Part shown: positions 37,670 through 48,378 of the stretch, in pieces | Layout of the letters: every line of letters begins with the position of its first letter | How positions within the stretch are numbered: position 1 is the stretch's first letter | Assembly: GCA_965261115.1 (NCBI GenBank) | Contig: OZ253447.1 | Span: 647,625-711,624, forward strand | Source of the DNA: Candidatus Poribacteria bacterium | GTDB taxonomy: Bacteria; Poribacteria; WGA-4E; WGA-3G | Length of the DNA: 64,000 nt | Direction of reading: 5' to 3' | Program-made: the position numbers and the translations under genes | The notes under the pieces: generated by a model | Database searches by the model: none | The model's input: the letters and a program-made list of their open reading frames with translations, nothing else | Told to the model about the DNA's origin: nothing

Positions 37670-38710
37670 ATGCAAGAATCTTTACAAAAATTACAAGAGT
37701 TGCTCCAGAAACTCTTCCGTGCTGATGCTGCCGATCTCAACTTCGGTATCTACCGCATTATCAACTACCGACGAGACCAGATCCAAAAATTCATTGACGA
37801 GGAACTCCCCACCATCGTCCAAAACGCGCTTGAGGCAAACACCGAAGCAGAATCTGCACACGAACGGATTACCGAACTTGAGAATCAAGTTCGAGAATTA
37901 GGTAATAATCTCGGAGAGGAAATGTTGGATGCCGATGGAAATCTCGTCAACGAGGTCTATAGAGAAAGACCTCTCATCCAGCAATACCTTGAAGCAAGAG
38001 AACAACTCGGCTCCCCGCAAACTCAAGACCAGCGCGCTCATGCTGTCTATAACCACCTCTATACCTTCTTCTCCCGCTACTACGAAGACGGCGACTTCAT
38101 CCCGCGCCGACGTTACTCCCAAACCGAACGCTACGCCGTCCCATACAACGGTGAAGAAGTCTACCTCCACTGGGCAAACAAAGACCAATATTATGTCAAA
38201 AGCGGAGAGCATTTCTCCACCTACAGATTCACATCTCAAGGCATCACTGTCACTTTTGACCTCCAAAACGCAGATGTCGAAAAAGATAACGTCAAAGGTG
38301 AAAAACGTTTCTTTATCCCCATACCTGCTAAGACAATCTATAAACCAGAAACCGATGAGGTTAGCATCCCATTTGAATACCGTCCACTCACCGACGAAGA
38401 AAAGAAAAAATACAGTGGTCAAAAGCAACAGGACAAAATTATTGAAGCCGCTGAATCTGAAATCATGAGATGCCTGACCAGTCATTACAATGCCCTATCC
38501 GCATTAGATCACCAAACGGAAGGCGAAACTACCCTCAAAAAGCACCTCCGCACCTATACACGCCGCAACACCGCTGACTTCTTCATTCACAAAAATCTCA
38601 GGCAGTTCCTCAACCGCGAACTGGATACCTACATCAAAAACGAAGTCATCCGTATATCTGACCTAATTTTAACGAACGTTAATACAGAATTAAGCAGGGG
38701 GAGGGCGTAA
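37670..38710 (+). CDS. Unrecognised 346-aa protein encoded immediately upstream of mod; possibly an N-terminal extension of Mod separated by a frameshift
   Basis: ORF ends at 38710. The mod reading frame is already open from 38683, and a single G insertion in the G5 tract at 38697-38701 would join the two frames. No known motif recognised. Confidence 0.5.
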   Translation: MQESLQKLQELLQKLFRADAADLNFGIYRIINYRRDQIQKFIDEELPTIVQNALEANTEAESAHERITELENQVRELGNNLGEEMLDADGNLVNEVYRERPLIQQYLEAREQLGSPQTQDQRAHAVYNHLYTFFSRYYEDGDFIPRRRYSQTERYAVPYNGEEVYLHWANKDQYYVKSGEHFSTYRFTSQGITVTFDLQNADVEKDNVKGEKRFFIPIPAKTIYKPETDEVSIPFEYRPLTDEEKKKYSGQKQQDKIIEAAESEIMRCLTSHYNALSALDHQTEGETTLKKHLRTYTRRNTADFFIHKNLRQFLNRELDTYIKNEVIRISDLILTNVNTELSRGRA

Positions 38711-38739
38711 CTGAAGTATTAACTAATAGTAATAATTGG

Positions 38740-40794
38740 TTGGAAACCGCGAAACTCGTCCACACCATCGCCACCCAAATTATTGAATTTCTCTCCCACA
38801 TTGAAGAATTCCAAAAACGTCTCTGGCTAAAAAAGAAATTTGTCCTTTCTACCGACTACTGCTTCACACTTGACCGCGTCCCAGAAGAATTTTATTTAGA
38901 AATCGCACAGAACACCGATCAACTTGAGGAGTGGAAAGACCTCTTTGCTATTCACGAAATAGACAACAACCTCATTGATGCCCACTACACCGAACCACCC
39001 TCCGTTGAATTCCTGAAAGAAAATCCGAACCTTGTTTTGGATACCTGCCACTTTGATTCAGACTTCAAGGATCGCCTCTTGGCGAATTTTGACGATCTGG
39101 ACAACGAGACAGATGGCTTGTTAATACACAGTGAGAACTTTCAGGCGTTAAATCTGTTGATAGAAAAATACCGCGAATCACTAAAAGCTATCTATATTGA
39201 TCCGCCCTATAATACTGATGCCTCAGCAATTCTTTACAAAAACAATTACAAAGATTCATCGTGGATGTCGTTGATGGCAGATCGGATTGCAGTCTCCCAC
39301 GGATTGTTGGCAGATAATGGCATCTTTTGTGCAGCGATTGACGATGTAGAAGCAGCCAATCTAAGACATCTACTCCAAAATCTCTTTGGGAACGAGAATG
39401 AACTCGGAATTGTTGCAGTTTGTTCCAATCCAGCAGGTCGTCAAAGACCCACAGGCTTTGCCCCTGCTCATGAATACGCTATGTTTTTCAGTCAAACCCA
39501 AACAGCACAAGTCGGCCGCCTTGAACGAACAGAAGAACAACTCGAGAACTCAGAAATTGATGAACAAGGTCGCTACTTCACATGGAGAGGACTTAGGAAT
39601 GGCGGAGGTCCCAACGCTCTGCGTGGTGCCCGGCCTCGTTTGTTCTATCCACTTTTTGTGAGGAATGATCAAATTCGCATTCCCAACATGGAATGGGATA
39701 GCGAGACCCGACAATGGGATCTCTTGGAATCGCCGAATCTTGGTGAAATAGAAGTATTACCAATTAGACCTGATGGTGAAGAGATGACGTGGAGGTATGG
39801 AATTGAGACCTTACAAAGAAGACTATCAGAAACTATTGCGAGAAGTGACCAGAATGGTAATATTCGGATTCTTGTTAAACGGTATCTAAACGAAGAAGGC
39901 ATGCTACCCAAGACATGGTGGGGTAAAACAGAGTACTCATCAACGCAATATGGAACCATTTTTTTAACAAATATGCTGGGTGATAGTCTCGCATTCATGT
40001 TCCCTAAATCTATTCACCTCGTTGAAGATTGTCTGAGTGTTTCTTCCCTCGGTAAAGATGATATTGTACTTGATTACTTTGGAGGATCTGGGACTACCGC
40101 CCACGCAACTATCAACCTAAATCGCCAAGACGATGGAAAGCGTAAATACATTCTTATTGAGATGGGACATCACTTTGATACCGTTCTTAAACCGCGTATC
40201 AAGAAAGCCATTTACGCCGAAAAATGGAAGGATGCTAAACCCATCTCTTGTGAGAATCAGCTCTCCCAAATCATCAAATATCAACGCATTGAATCTTACG
40301 AAGATGCCCTCAACAACATCGAATTCAACAAAACTGAACATGAGGATATCCTGCTAACTGCCGAACATCAATTAAGTTATCTGTTCGGCAGTGAAACGCG
40401 CGAAAGTCTAACGTTCCTTAACATTTCCGAACTCCAAAATCCGTTCAGTTATCAACTTAATATCGTCAAAGATATGCAGACGCAGAAACAGTCTGTCGAT
40501 TTACCGGAAACCTTCAACTACCTTCTCGGTATCTCAGTGCAAACTCGTCAATGTCTGAATGATGATGATAGACGTTATCTTGTCTACAAAGGTACAATTG
40601 GGCAAAAACCAGTCGTTATTATCTGGCGTGAAACCGCAGGCTGGAAACAAAAAGATTGGGAACGTGATTACCAGTTCATCGAAGAAAATAAACTCACAGA
40701 AGGCGCAGCAAAAGTCTATGTCAACACAGATAGCATCGTTCCAGAGGCAGAATCCTTAGATCCGCATTTTAAACGACTGATGTTTTCACAATAA
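38740..40794 (+). CDS. Type III restriction-modification Mod-like beta-class N6-adenine DNA methyltransferase
   Basis: Motif IV AIYIDPPYNT near residue 155, followed later by motif I VLDYFGGSGTTAHA (beta-class order as in EcoP15I Mod). Only a TTG start and no SD, see findings. Confidence 0.8.
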   Translation: METAKLVHTIATQIIEFLSHIEEFQKRLWLKKKFVLSTDYCFTLDRVPEEFYLEIAQNTDQLEEWKDLFAIHEIDNNLIDAHYTEPPSVEFLKENPNLVLDTCHFDSDFKDRLLANFDDLDNETDGLLIHSENFQALNLLIEKYRESLKAIYIDPPYNTDASAILYKNNYKDSSWMSLMADRIAVSHGLLADNGIFCAAIDDVEAANLRHLLQNLFGNENELGIVAVCSNPAGRQRPTGFAPAHEYAMFFSQTQTAQVGRLERTEEQLENSEIDEQGRYFTWRGLRNGGGPNALRGARPRLFYPLFVRNDQIRIPNMEWDSETRQWDLLESPNLGEIEVLPIRPDGEEMTWRYGIETLQRRLSETIARSDQNGNIRILVKRYLNEEGMLPKTWWGKTEYSSTQYGTIFLTNMLGDSLAFMFPKSIHLVEDCLSVSSLGKDDIVLDYFGGSGTTAHATINLNRQDDGKRKYILIEMGHHFDTVLKPRIKKAIYAEKWKDAKPISCENQLSQIIKYQRIESYEDALNNIEFNKTEHEDILLTAEHQLSYLFGSETRESLTFLNISELQNPFSYQLNIVKDMQTQKQSVDLPETFNYLLGISVQTRQCLNDDDRRYLVYKGTIGQKPVVIIWRETAGWKQKDWERDYQFIEENKLTEGAAKVYVNTDSIVPEAESLDPHFKRLMFSQ

Positions 40795-40812
40795 ATCCGC
40801 AAAACAACTGCT

Positions 40813-43800
40813 ATGCCCAAAAGAAACAACTCACAACGCACACTTGACAACCATCTTACGCTCCACGGATGGCTCAACAGCCATTTCGGGTATAAAACCA
40901 CGCGCGACCTACTTAACGATGTCGTAAGACTTGATGAGGGATTCAGCCCAGATGGACACTCTCCAATCTGCGAATTTCTTATGTCCCTTCCAGATTTAAA
41001 GTATGGAATTGAGGATACTTTACCAATCTATGATTCCAATATCAAAAAGCATCTGTCTGCCATAAATAACAAACGCACACAACCAATCGTCCTCCGTTAC
41101 TTTCAATACCTTGCACTCCTCTATACTGAAATTTTTTTAGATTGGAAATTCAACAGACCGGGTGAATTTCTACGTCAACTTAATATGTTTGTCCAACGCC
41201 GTAATGATGCCAGAGCTCCGAGCGATGCCATGGATACAAACTTCACAAACGCGGATCTCGATAAACTCGCTTTCTGGATGGCAACCGGTGCAGGCAAAAC
41301 CCTCATCATGCACATCAACTACCATCAATTCCTACACTACTGCAAAGACGAAGAAACTCTTGACCATGTCATTCTTATCACACCCAACGAAGGGTTGAGT
41401 GAGCAACATATACGCGAACTTGCCAACTCCGGCATTCGGTGTGAACGTTTTAACATTGAACGAAATCGCTTGGCGAGTACGCATGAGGCAGTACAGGTAA
41501 TCGAAATAACAAAATTAGTAGAAGAAAAAACCGGTGGTGGTTTGAGCGTTCCGGTTGAAGCATTTGAGGGAAACAACCTCATTTTTGTAGATGAAGGTCA
41601 CAAAGGTAGCGGTGGAAAAGTCTGGCGAACTTACCGAGAAGCACTCGCCGAAACCGGTTTCACCTTTGAATATAGTGCGACTTTCGGACAAGCACTTGCA
41701 GCCGCGAGAAACGCAGACCTTGTTGAAGAATATGGAAAAGCCATCGCCTTTGACTATTCATATCGATACTTCTACGAGGATGGACATGGCAAGAACTTCC
41801 GTGTCCTTAACGTTCACCACGATGAAGAGTCCCAAACCGAAACACTCCTTTTAGCCAATCTTCTCAGCTTTTACGAACAGCGATGCTATTTCAAGCAAGA
41901 ACGCGACGCGGTGCGTGATTACGGATTAGATTCACCCTTATGGACATTCGTTGGAAGTAAAGTTAATGCTGTCTATACTGAGAACAGCCGTTCCCGCTCT
42001 GATGTCCTTAACGTTATTCGTTTTCTGCACCGGTTTCTAAAAAACGAAGAAAATTGGGCAACCGATACCATCGAGAAGATTCTCAACGGTGATTCCGGCT
42101 TATCGGATGACGGCACTGATGTTTTCCACAACCGTCTCAACTATCTCAGAAACCTCCGTGAAACGCCAGCGCAAATCTATACTGGTATCCTCGATGAAGT
42201 ATTTCACACCAACGCAAGCGGCGCATTACACCTACAAGATGTTCGAAATGCGCAAGGCGAAATTGCATTGAAAACTACTCACGGCACGGAAAACTTTGGT
42301 CTCATCTACATTGGGGATACCACTGCCTTCAAAAAACTTGTCAATAGCGATAATGCAGGTATTGAAACAGAGTCCGAAGATGTACTGACGGAAAGCCTTT
42401 TTAACAACATCAACACTTTCGATAGTCCAATTAATATCTTGATTGGCGCGAAAAAATTCATTGAAGGATGGGACAGTTGGCGTGTCACCGCGATGGGACT
42501 ACTAAACATCGGTAGGCAGGAAGGCTCTCAAATTATCCAATTGTTCGGTCGGGGTGTTCGCTTACGCGGCAAAAACATGAGCCTCAAACGCAGTGCTGCT
42601 CTTGACGGCGAGCATCCGCCTAATCTACCTCTCTTGGAAACCTTAAATATTTTCGCTGTCCGTGCCAACTTCATGGCACAATTCCGAGATTACCTCATGC
42701 GTGAAGGCATAGAACTCGATGAACCTATCCAAATGGAGATTCCAATCGTCTCTAACGACAGTTTCCTCGCGCATCAGCTCTTCGTCCCAAACGTTCTTCC
42801 ATACGACGAAGCTGCCAAAGGACAGTGTGTTCCCCTCGTAGTTAATATCAATGCTTACATCACTCATACGACGCAAATCGTTGAGGTTATCGGGAGCAGT
42901 ACACAACAAGGCATCCGAGGGAGTAGATCAACGGCAGCCTTGGAACGTAAAATTCCAGAAGAAAGTCTGAAATTGGTAGACTGGGAAAAAATCTACCTGC
43001 ATCTGATTGAATACAAACACGAACAGCAATTTCACAACCTCATCTTTGACATCCAGACCCTTAAGACAATTATGGAGCCATCTCAAGAACTGTACGGGCT
43101 CACCGTCATGGCAGAATCCGAAGTCAAGCCAACATCGTTGGAAGAGGTCACTCGCTTAGAGGAATTAGTGATTACACTCCTCCGCAAGTATATCGCCAAA
43201 TTTTATCGCATCATTCAGAAGCAGTGGAGTAGCAACAGGGTGAGGTTGAAAACATTAGACGAAGATGATGCTAATTTCACAGATTGGAGTGTCCACATTC
43301 CCCGAGACGAAGCACAGGAACTCGAGCCACAAATTCAACACCTCATAGAGAGTGGTGAAATATACGGACCGAATGTAACAGATTTCCCCAACGCCTACAA
43401 CGATAGGCACTTATATCAACCACTCCTCGCGATAACCAATGCCAACGATTCGTGGCGAATCGCACCACCGGCTCTGGAAGAAAGCGAACAACAATTTGTA
43501 AAAGATTTGCGTCTTTACATCCGCCAGCAACGCGAAGAACATTTCAAAGAAAAAGAGATGTTCCTCTTACGCAACCAGAGTCGAGGCAAAGGTATCGGCT
43601 TTTATCAGAATGAAGGCTTTTATCCCGACTTTATTCTCTGGATAACCAAAGGAGCAAAGCAGCGTATTGTTTTCATCGAACCTCACGGTATGGTGCATGA
43701 CGCGGTTAACGAGCACAACGACAAAATCACCCTTTTTAAAAGACTCCGTACCGTTTCTTATGAACGCTTCCGCGGTGAACACGTGCAAATGGACTCCTTT

Positions 43801-43956
43801 ATCATCTCAAAAACTGACTTTCAAGTTCTCCGCCGCAGAGAAGGTATGGAGAGACAGGAATTTGCAGATGAATGGCACATCCTCTTCCGCACCGAAGCAG
43901 ATCCAAGTTACCTCTCTCCAATTTTCCAAGAACCAGATCATGACTCCACGCCGTAG
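40813..43956 (+). CDS. Type III restriction enzyme Res-like subunit (SF2 helicase plus C-terminal PD-(D/E)xK-like nuclease region)
   Basis: Walker A MATGAGKT, motif II FVDEGHKG (DEAH-like), motif VI QLFGRGVRLRG. C-terminal YPDFILW...IVFIEPHG resembles the Res endonuclease motif but with E-P-H in place of E-x-K. Confidence 0.75.
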   Translation: MPKRNNSQRTLDNHLTLHGWLNSHFGYKTTRDLLNDVVRLDEGFSPDGHSPICEFLMSLPDLKYGIEDTLPIYDSNIKKHLSAINNKRTQPIVLRYFQYLALLYTEIFLDWKFNRPGEFLRQLNMFVQRRNDARAPSDAMDTNFTNADLDKLAFWMATGAGKTLIMHINYHQFLHYCKDEETLDHVILITPNEGLSEQHIRELANSGIRCERFNIERNRLASTHEAVQVIEITKLVEEKTGGGLSVPVEAFEGNNLIFVDEGHKGSGGKVWRTYREALAETGFTFEYSATFGQALAAARNADLVEEYGKAIAFDYSYRYFYEDGHGKNFRVLNVHHDEESQTETLLLANLLSFYEQRCYFKQERDAVRDYGLDSPLWTFVGSKVNAVYTENSRSRSDVLNVIRFLHRFLKNEENWATDTIEKILNGDSGLSDDGTDVFHNRLNYLRNLRETPAQIYTGILDEVFHTNASGALHLQDVRNAQGEIALKTTHGTENFGLIYIGDTTAFKKLVNSDNAGIETESEDVLTESLFNNINTFDSPINILIGAKKFIEGWDSWRVTAMGLLNIGRQEGSQIIQLFGRGVRLRGKNMSLKRSAALDGEHPPNLPLLETLNIFAVRANFMAQFRDYLMREGIELDEPIQMEIPIVSNDSFLAHQLFVPNVLPYDEAAKGQCVPLVVNINAYITHTTQIVEVIGSSTQQGIRGSRSTAALERKIPEESLKLVDWEKIYLHLIEYKHEQQFHNLIFDIQTLKTIMEPSQELYGLTVMAESEVKPTSLEEVTRLEELVITLLRKYIAKFYRIIQKQWSSNRVRLKTLDEDDANFTDWSVHIPRDEAQELEPQIQHLIESGEIYGPNVTDFPNAYNDRHLYQPLLAITNANDSWRIAPPALEESEQQFVKDLRLYIRQQREEHFKEKEMFLLRNQSRGKGIGFYQNEGFYPDFILWITKGAKQRIVFIEPHGMVHDAVNEHNDKITLFKRLRTVSYERFRGEHVQMDSFIISKTDFQVLRRREGMERQEFADEWHILFRTEADPSYLSPIFQEPDHDSTP

Positions 43957-44117
43957 AGAAAATTTACAGATTCTTAGGCATCTCATTTTGCGTAAGTCCT
44001 AAAAATCCTATAAATCTTGATCCGACAATCCAAGTAAAATTTCATAGCAACTTTCAACAACCGTCCCCCTAAAACCATCGAAAACGTAGTTGTGGATTGG
44101 GTTCGAGGCACTTCATA

Positions 44118-44159
44118 AATTTCATAGTTTTCCGTATTTGCTATGAAAACTATGAAATT
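44118..44159. other. Perfect 15-bp inverted repeat AATTTCATAGTTTTC / GAAAACTATGAAATT separated by 12 bp, ~170 bp downstream of res
   Basis: Seen directly; followed by TTTTAC. Could be a terminator hairpin or an operator-like palindrome. Confidence 0.4.
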
Positions 44160-44402
44160 TTACACCACTTTACGGCACTGTTGATAAGGTTCATAGACGA
44201 TTGATAAACGACCCAGGGCCATTCAATTCTCTGGAAAACAGCTAAATTCCCTTATGATTTTGGCATCCCTAAACACGAAAATCCGCGTTCTCCGCGTTCT
44301 CCGCGTTCTCCGCGATTCAGACAATTTGAAAATTGAATCCCTCTGATAAACGACAGTATTTCCCTTGCCACCACCAACGAATTGTGCTAAAATACACACA
44401 GC

Positions 44403-45785
44403 ATGAACCAACACGACCGAAAACACCCACATAAAGAACTCCGCGCCCTCCTCGGAACACGTTTCAGCACAGACGATGCCATCCGAGACGCGCACGCACG
44501 CGATGCCTCATACCATCAAGGCGCGCTCCCAGAGGCAGTCGTCTTCCCGAAAACCAACGCCGAAGTCGCAAATATTGTCAGAATCTGTGCAAAACATAAG
44601 ATACCGATCATCCCTTACGGCACCGGCACCGGCGTTGAAGGCGCAGTCGTCGCAACCGAAGGCGCGCTCTGCATCGCACTCAACGAAATGAACCGCATCT
44701 GCCGCGTCAGTCCAAACGACAGAGATGCTACTGTCGAAGCAGGCGTAACCCGTCTCCAACTGAACACGCATCTCGCAGACATCGGCACACAACTCCACTT
44801 CTCCGTCGATCCGGGTGCAGATGCCTCGTTAGGCGGGATGGTCGCAACCCGCGCATCCGGCACGAGTGCCGTCCGATACGGTACAATGCTCGATAACGTC
44901 CTCAGCTTGACCGTCGTCACTGCGGACGGCTCTATTGTTCACACCGGCAGCAGAGCCAGAAAATCCGCCGCAGGCTATGATCTGACACGTCTCTTTATCG
45001 GCTCAGAAGGCACACTCGGGATTATCACCGAAATCACACTCAAATTGACAAGGTTGCCGGAAGCCGTTGCCTCCGCGGTCTGTGCTTTCCCAACCATAGC
45101 CGCAGCCGTAGACACCGTTATCAAACTAATAGATGCAGGTGTCAGCATTGCCCGTATCGAACTACTGGACGAACAGCAGATGGATGCCGTCAACAAATAC
45201 GCAGGATTAGATTACGAAGTCGCACCGACGCTCTTTTTTGAGTTCCACGGGTCTGAACACGCGGTTGCCGAAAGCTCTGAGATCGCCGGTAAAATCGCAG
45301 CAGCACACGGCAGCGGCGATTTCCGATGGGCAACAGACGACAACGAACGCAAACGGCTCTGGCAAGCCCGATACGATAGCTACTACGCCGCACTCAATCG
45401 TCGTCCGGGTTCCGTCGGCTACGTAACCGATGTGTGTGTCCCGATCTCTCAACTCGCCGAATGTATCGCAAAAACGAAAGCGCGCCTCGCCACATCGGAG
45501 CTTGTTCCCTCAATCCTTGGACACGTCGGTGACGGAAACTTTCACGTCGTTTTCCCACTTGAACCCAACAACAAGGACGAATTAGCAGAAGCGCAGCGAC
45601 TCAGCGATCAGATTGTAGACATCGCCTTAGAGATGGACGGCACTTGCACAGGCGAACACGGTGTCGGTGTCGGTAAACGGAACGCATTAGAGAAGGAACA
45701 CGGAGAGGCAGTAGACCTGATGCGTGCAATCAAACACGCCTTGGATCCACAAAACTTAATGAATCCGGGCAAAGTCTTTCTGTAA
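44403..45785 (+). CDS. FAD-linked oxidase (GlcD / D-lactate dehydrogenase-like, PCMH-type FAD-binding domain)
   Basis: VVFPKTNAEVANIVRICAKHKIPIIPYGTGTGVEGA FAD-binding region; C-terminal FAD-oxidase domain (GTCTGEHGVGVGKR). Confidence 0.75.
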   Translation: MNQHDRKHPHKELRALLGTRFSTDDAIRDAHARDASYHQGALPEAVVFPKTNAEVANIVRICAKHKIPIIPYGTGTGVEGAVVATEGALCIALNEMNRICRVSPNDRDATVEAGVTRLQLNTHLADIGTQLHFSVDPGADASLGGMVATRASGTSAVRYGTMLDNVLSLTVVTADGSIVHTGSRARKSAAGYDLTRLFIGSEGTLGIITEITLKLTRLPEAVASAVCAFPTIAAAVDTVIKLIDAGVSIARIELLDEQQMDAVNKYAGLDYEVAPTLFFEFHGSEHAVAESSEIAGKIAAAHGSGDFRWATDDNERKRLWQARYDSYYAALNRRPGSVGYVTDVCVPISQLAECIAKTKARLATSELVPSILGHVGDGNFHVVFPLEPNNKDELAEAQRLSDQIVDIALEMDGTCTGEHGVGVGKRNALEKEHGEAVDLMRAIKHALDPQNLMNPGKVFL

Positions 45786-45809
45786 GGATAAAGTACATTT
45801 ATAACAGAC

Positions 45810-46814
45810 ATGGCAAACCACTGGAAAATCCTCATCACCGATTACGCCTGGGCCTCGATTGAACCCGAACGACAGGTCCTTGCCGAAATCGGCGCAGAAC
45901 TCATCGCAGCAGAAACTGGCGACGAACCGGAACTGCAAACGCTCGCACCGACGATGGACGGTATCCTCACCTGTTGGAACCCGGTTCGCGAGCCAGTCAT
46001 CACCGCCGCGAAGAAGTGTCAGGTCATCGCACGCTACGGCATCGGACTTGATAACATCGATGTAGAAGCTGCCACCGAACAAGGCATCGTTGTCACTAAT
46101 GTCCCTGCCTACTGTATGGACGAGGTTTCTGACCACGCGATGGGACTCCTATTGGCGTGTGCCAGAAAAATTCCACGTTTCGATCGGGCTGTCAGAAATG
46201 GCACATGGGATCAGAACATCGGACCGGAGATGCACAGAATCCGGGGCAAAACGCTCGGCATCGTCGGGTTCGGACGGATTGGACAAGCGATTATCCCAAA
46301 GGCGAAAGCGTTCGGACTTACAATCAACGTCTGCTCCCCGCGCACGGATCCCAAACGAATCCAGCAACAGGGCGCACAAAAGGTCTCATTCCAAGAACTT
46401 CTTACAACGTCCGACTTTATCACAATCCACGCGCCGTTGACACAGGAAACAGAACACATGTTCAGCGATGCCGAATTCCGTGCGATGAAACCGACAGCCT
46501 TCTTAATCAATACGGCACGCGGTGGCATCGTAGACACCGCTGCGCTCACAACCGCACTCCAAAACGGAGACATCGCCGGTGCGGGCCTGGATGTTTTGGA
46601 AACCGAGCCACCTGAACCAAATACCGAACTCCTAACGTTTGATAATGTCGTCGTTACACCACACGCCGCATTCGTCTCAGAAGACGCAATTCTTGAACTG
46701 GAGGTCACCGCTGCCAGATGTGTAGCACAAGTGCTCACAGGACAACTGCCGGAATCCGTTGTGAACCCATCGGTCTTAGAACAACCGAACCTCCGAGCAA
46801 AATCATTAAAGTAG
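45810..46814 (+). CDS. D-isomer-specific 2-hydroxyacid dehydrogenase family protein
   Basis: NAD-binding GKTLGIVGFGRIGQAI; catalytic region ...INTARGGIVD...; HAAFVSED. Confidence 0.75.
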   Translation: MANHWKILITDYAWASIEPERQVLAEIGAELIAAETGDEPELQTLAPTMDGILTCWNPVREPVITAAKKCQVIARYGIGLDNIDVEAATEQGIVVTNVPAYCMDEVSDHAMGLLLACARKIPRFDRAVRNGTWDQNIGPEMHRIRGKTLGIVGFGRIGQAIIPKAKAFGLTINVCSPRTDPKRIQQQGAQKVSFQELLTTSDFITIHAPLTQETEHMFSDAEFRAMKPTAFLINTARGGIVDTAALTTALQNGDIAGAGLDVLETEPPEPNTELLTFDNVVVTPHAAFVSEDAILELEVTAARCVAQVLTGQLPESVVNPSVLEQPNLRAKSLK

Positions 46815-47030
46815 TAGGCACACGTCGTTGTGCCGTAACATAAAAAAATAGGACGAACGCATAACCGAGATCGTCTCAAGGGAAAGGTGGAAGAACGGAA
46901 GAATGGTGGGACCGCTCCATACTTCCAATCATCCTATCTTCCTATCCTTCAAGGAAACGCAGATATCTTACATAAGTCCTGATTAAAGTAGCAGACACAC
47001 TGACTATGCCGTAACCATTGGAGAACTTAA

Positions 47031-48224
47031 ATGCAACAACTTCCTGACGCAACTGGGCATTTTGGACAATTCGGAGGCAGATACGTCCCCGAAACCCTGA
47101 TGCCCGCGCTATTAGAACTCGAAGACGCATACAACGCACTCAAAGACAACGCCGATTTCCAAGAAGAATTCCAGTACTATCTCCGCGAATACGTCGGACG
47201 ACCCAACCCACTCTACTACGCCGAGCGTCTGACAGAAACCCTCGGCGGCGCGAAGATATACCTCAAACGGGAAGACCTCAACCATACGGGTGCCCATAAA
47301 ATCAACAGTGCGATCGGACAAATCCTTCTCGCACGTTGGATGGGCAAAAAACGCATCATCGCCGAGACAGGCGCAGGACAACACGGCGTCGCAACCGCCA
47401 CCGTCGCCGCAAAGTTCGACATGGAATGCGAAGTCTACATGGGTGAGGAAGACATAGAACGGCAGGCACTCAATGTCTTCCGAATGCAGTTGATGGGAAC
47501 GAAAGTCGTGCCTGTGAACTCCGGCTCCCGCACCCTCAAAGACGCGATCAACGCCTGTTTCCGAGACTGGGTCACGAATGTCCGTACCACCTACCTACTT
47601 CTCGGTTCGGTTGTCGGCGCGCACCCTTATCCGATGATCGTCCGAGACTTCCAAGCCGTCATCGGTGATGAGGCACGAGCGCAGATCTTAGAACAAGAAG
47701 GTGCCTTACCGGATTGTGTCGTCGCCTGTGTCGGTGGCGGTAGTAACTCGCTCGGTATGTTCTACCCCTTTTATGCCGATGAATCCGTCCGGATGATCGG
47801 CGTAGAAGCCGCCGGTGAGAGCATCCGTAGCGGACGACACGCAGCACCACTCACTGCAGGCAGCGTCGGTGTCTTTCACGGTGCCAAGTGCTACCTATTG
47901 CAAGAAGACGACGGACAGATAACCCCTGCACACTCCATCTCTGCGGGGTTAGATTATCCGGGTGTCGGACCCGAACACAGTTATTACCGTGAAACCGGTA
48001 GAGCCGAATACGTCCCTATTACCGATGCAGAAGCTGTAGAAGGGTTCCAGTTGTTATCGGAAACAGAGGGTATCATCCCCGCATTAGAATCCGCACACGC
48101 CATCGCTTATCTACGCGAACTCGCACCTAAACTCGGTAAAGAGAAAGTCATCGTCGTATGCCTTTCAGGCAGAGGCGATAAAGATGTCTACACCATCGCA
48201 AAGGAATTAGGCATTAGTCTCTAA
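47031..48224 (+). CDS. trpB: Tryptophan synthase beta chain
   Basis: Near-canonical TrpB sequence ([16 protein letters not shown]..., [18 protein letters not shown]-lysine context); GGAG SD; no trpA adjacent. Confidence 0.9.
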   Translation: MQQLPDATGHFGQFGGRYVPETLMPALLELEDAYNALKDNADFQEEFQYYLREYVGRPNPLYYAERLTETLGGAKIYLKREDLNHTGAHKINSAIGQILLARWMGKKRIIAETGAGQHGVATATVAAKFDMECEVYMGEEDIERQALNVFRMQLMGTKVVPVNSGSRTLKDAINACFRDWVTNVRTTYLLLGSVVGAHPYPMIVRDFQAVIGDEARAQILEQEGALPDCVVACVGGGSNSLGMFYPFYADESVRMIGVEAAGESIRSGRHAAPLTAGSVGVFHGAKCYLLQEDDGQITPAHSISAGLDYPGVGPEHSYYRETGRAEYVPITDAEAVEGFQLLSETEGIIPALESAHAIAYLRELAPKLGKEKVIVVCLSGRGDKDVYTIAKELGISL

Positions 48225-48378
48225 TTTCGCATGAATTTATCTGGAACATTGCCAATGTGATTCTTCGCAGCACCTCTGACTCGTATTTAATTGAAAAAAA
48301 TTACCTTTGAGATGTACGCTATGGTATAATTGCCTCCAAGGAATCTTAAATCCTAATTATAATGAGCGAGGTGGCACG

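Noticed and set aside
38683-38742. Treating gene A and mod as a certain single pseudogene
   Set aside because: A G5 tract is short for classical phase variation and I cannot see reads; both separate-gene and frameshift explanations remain open, so both ORFs are reported separately with a finding.
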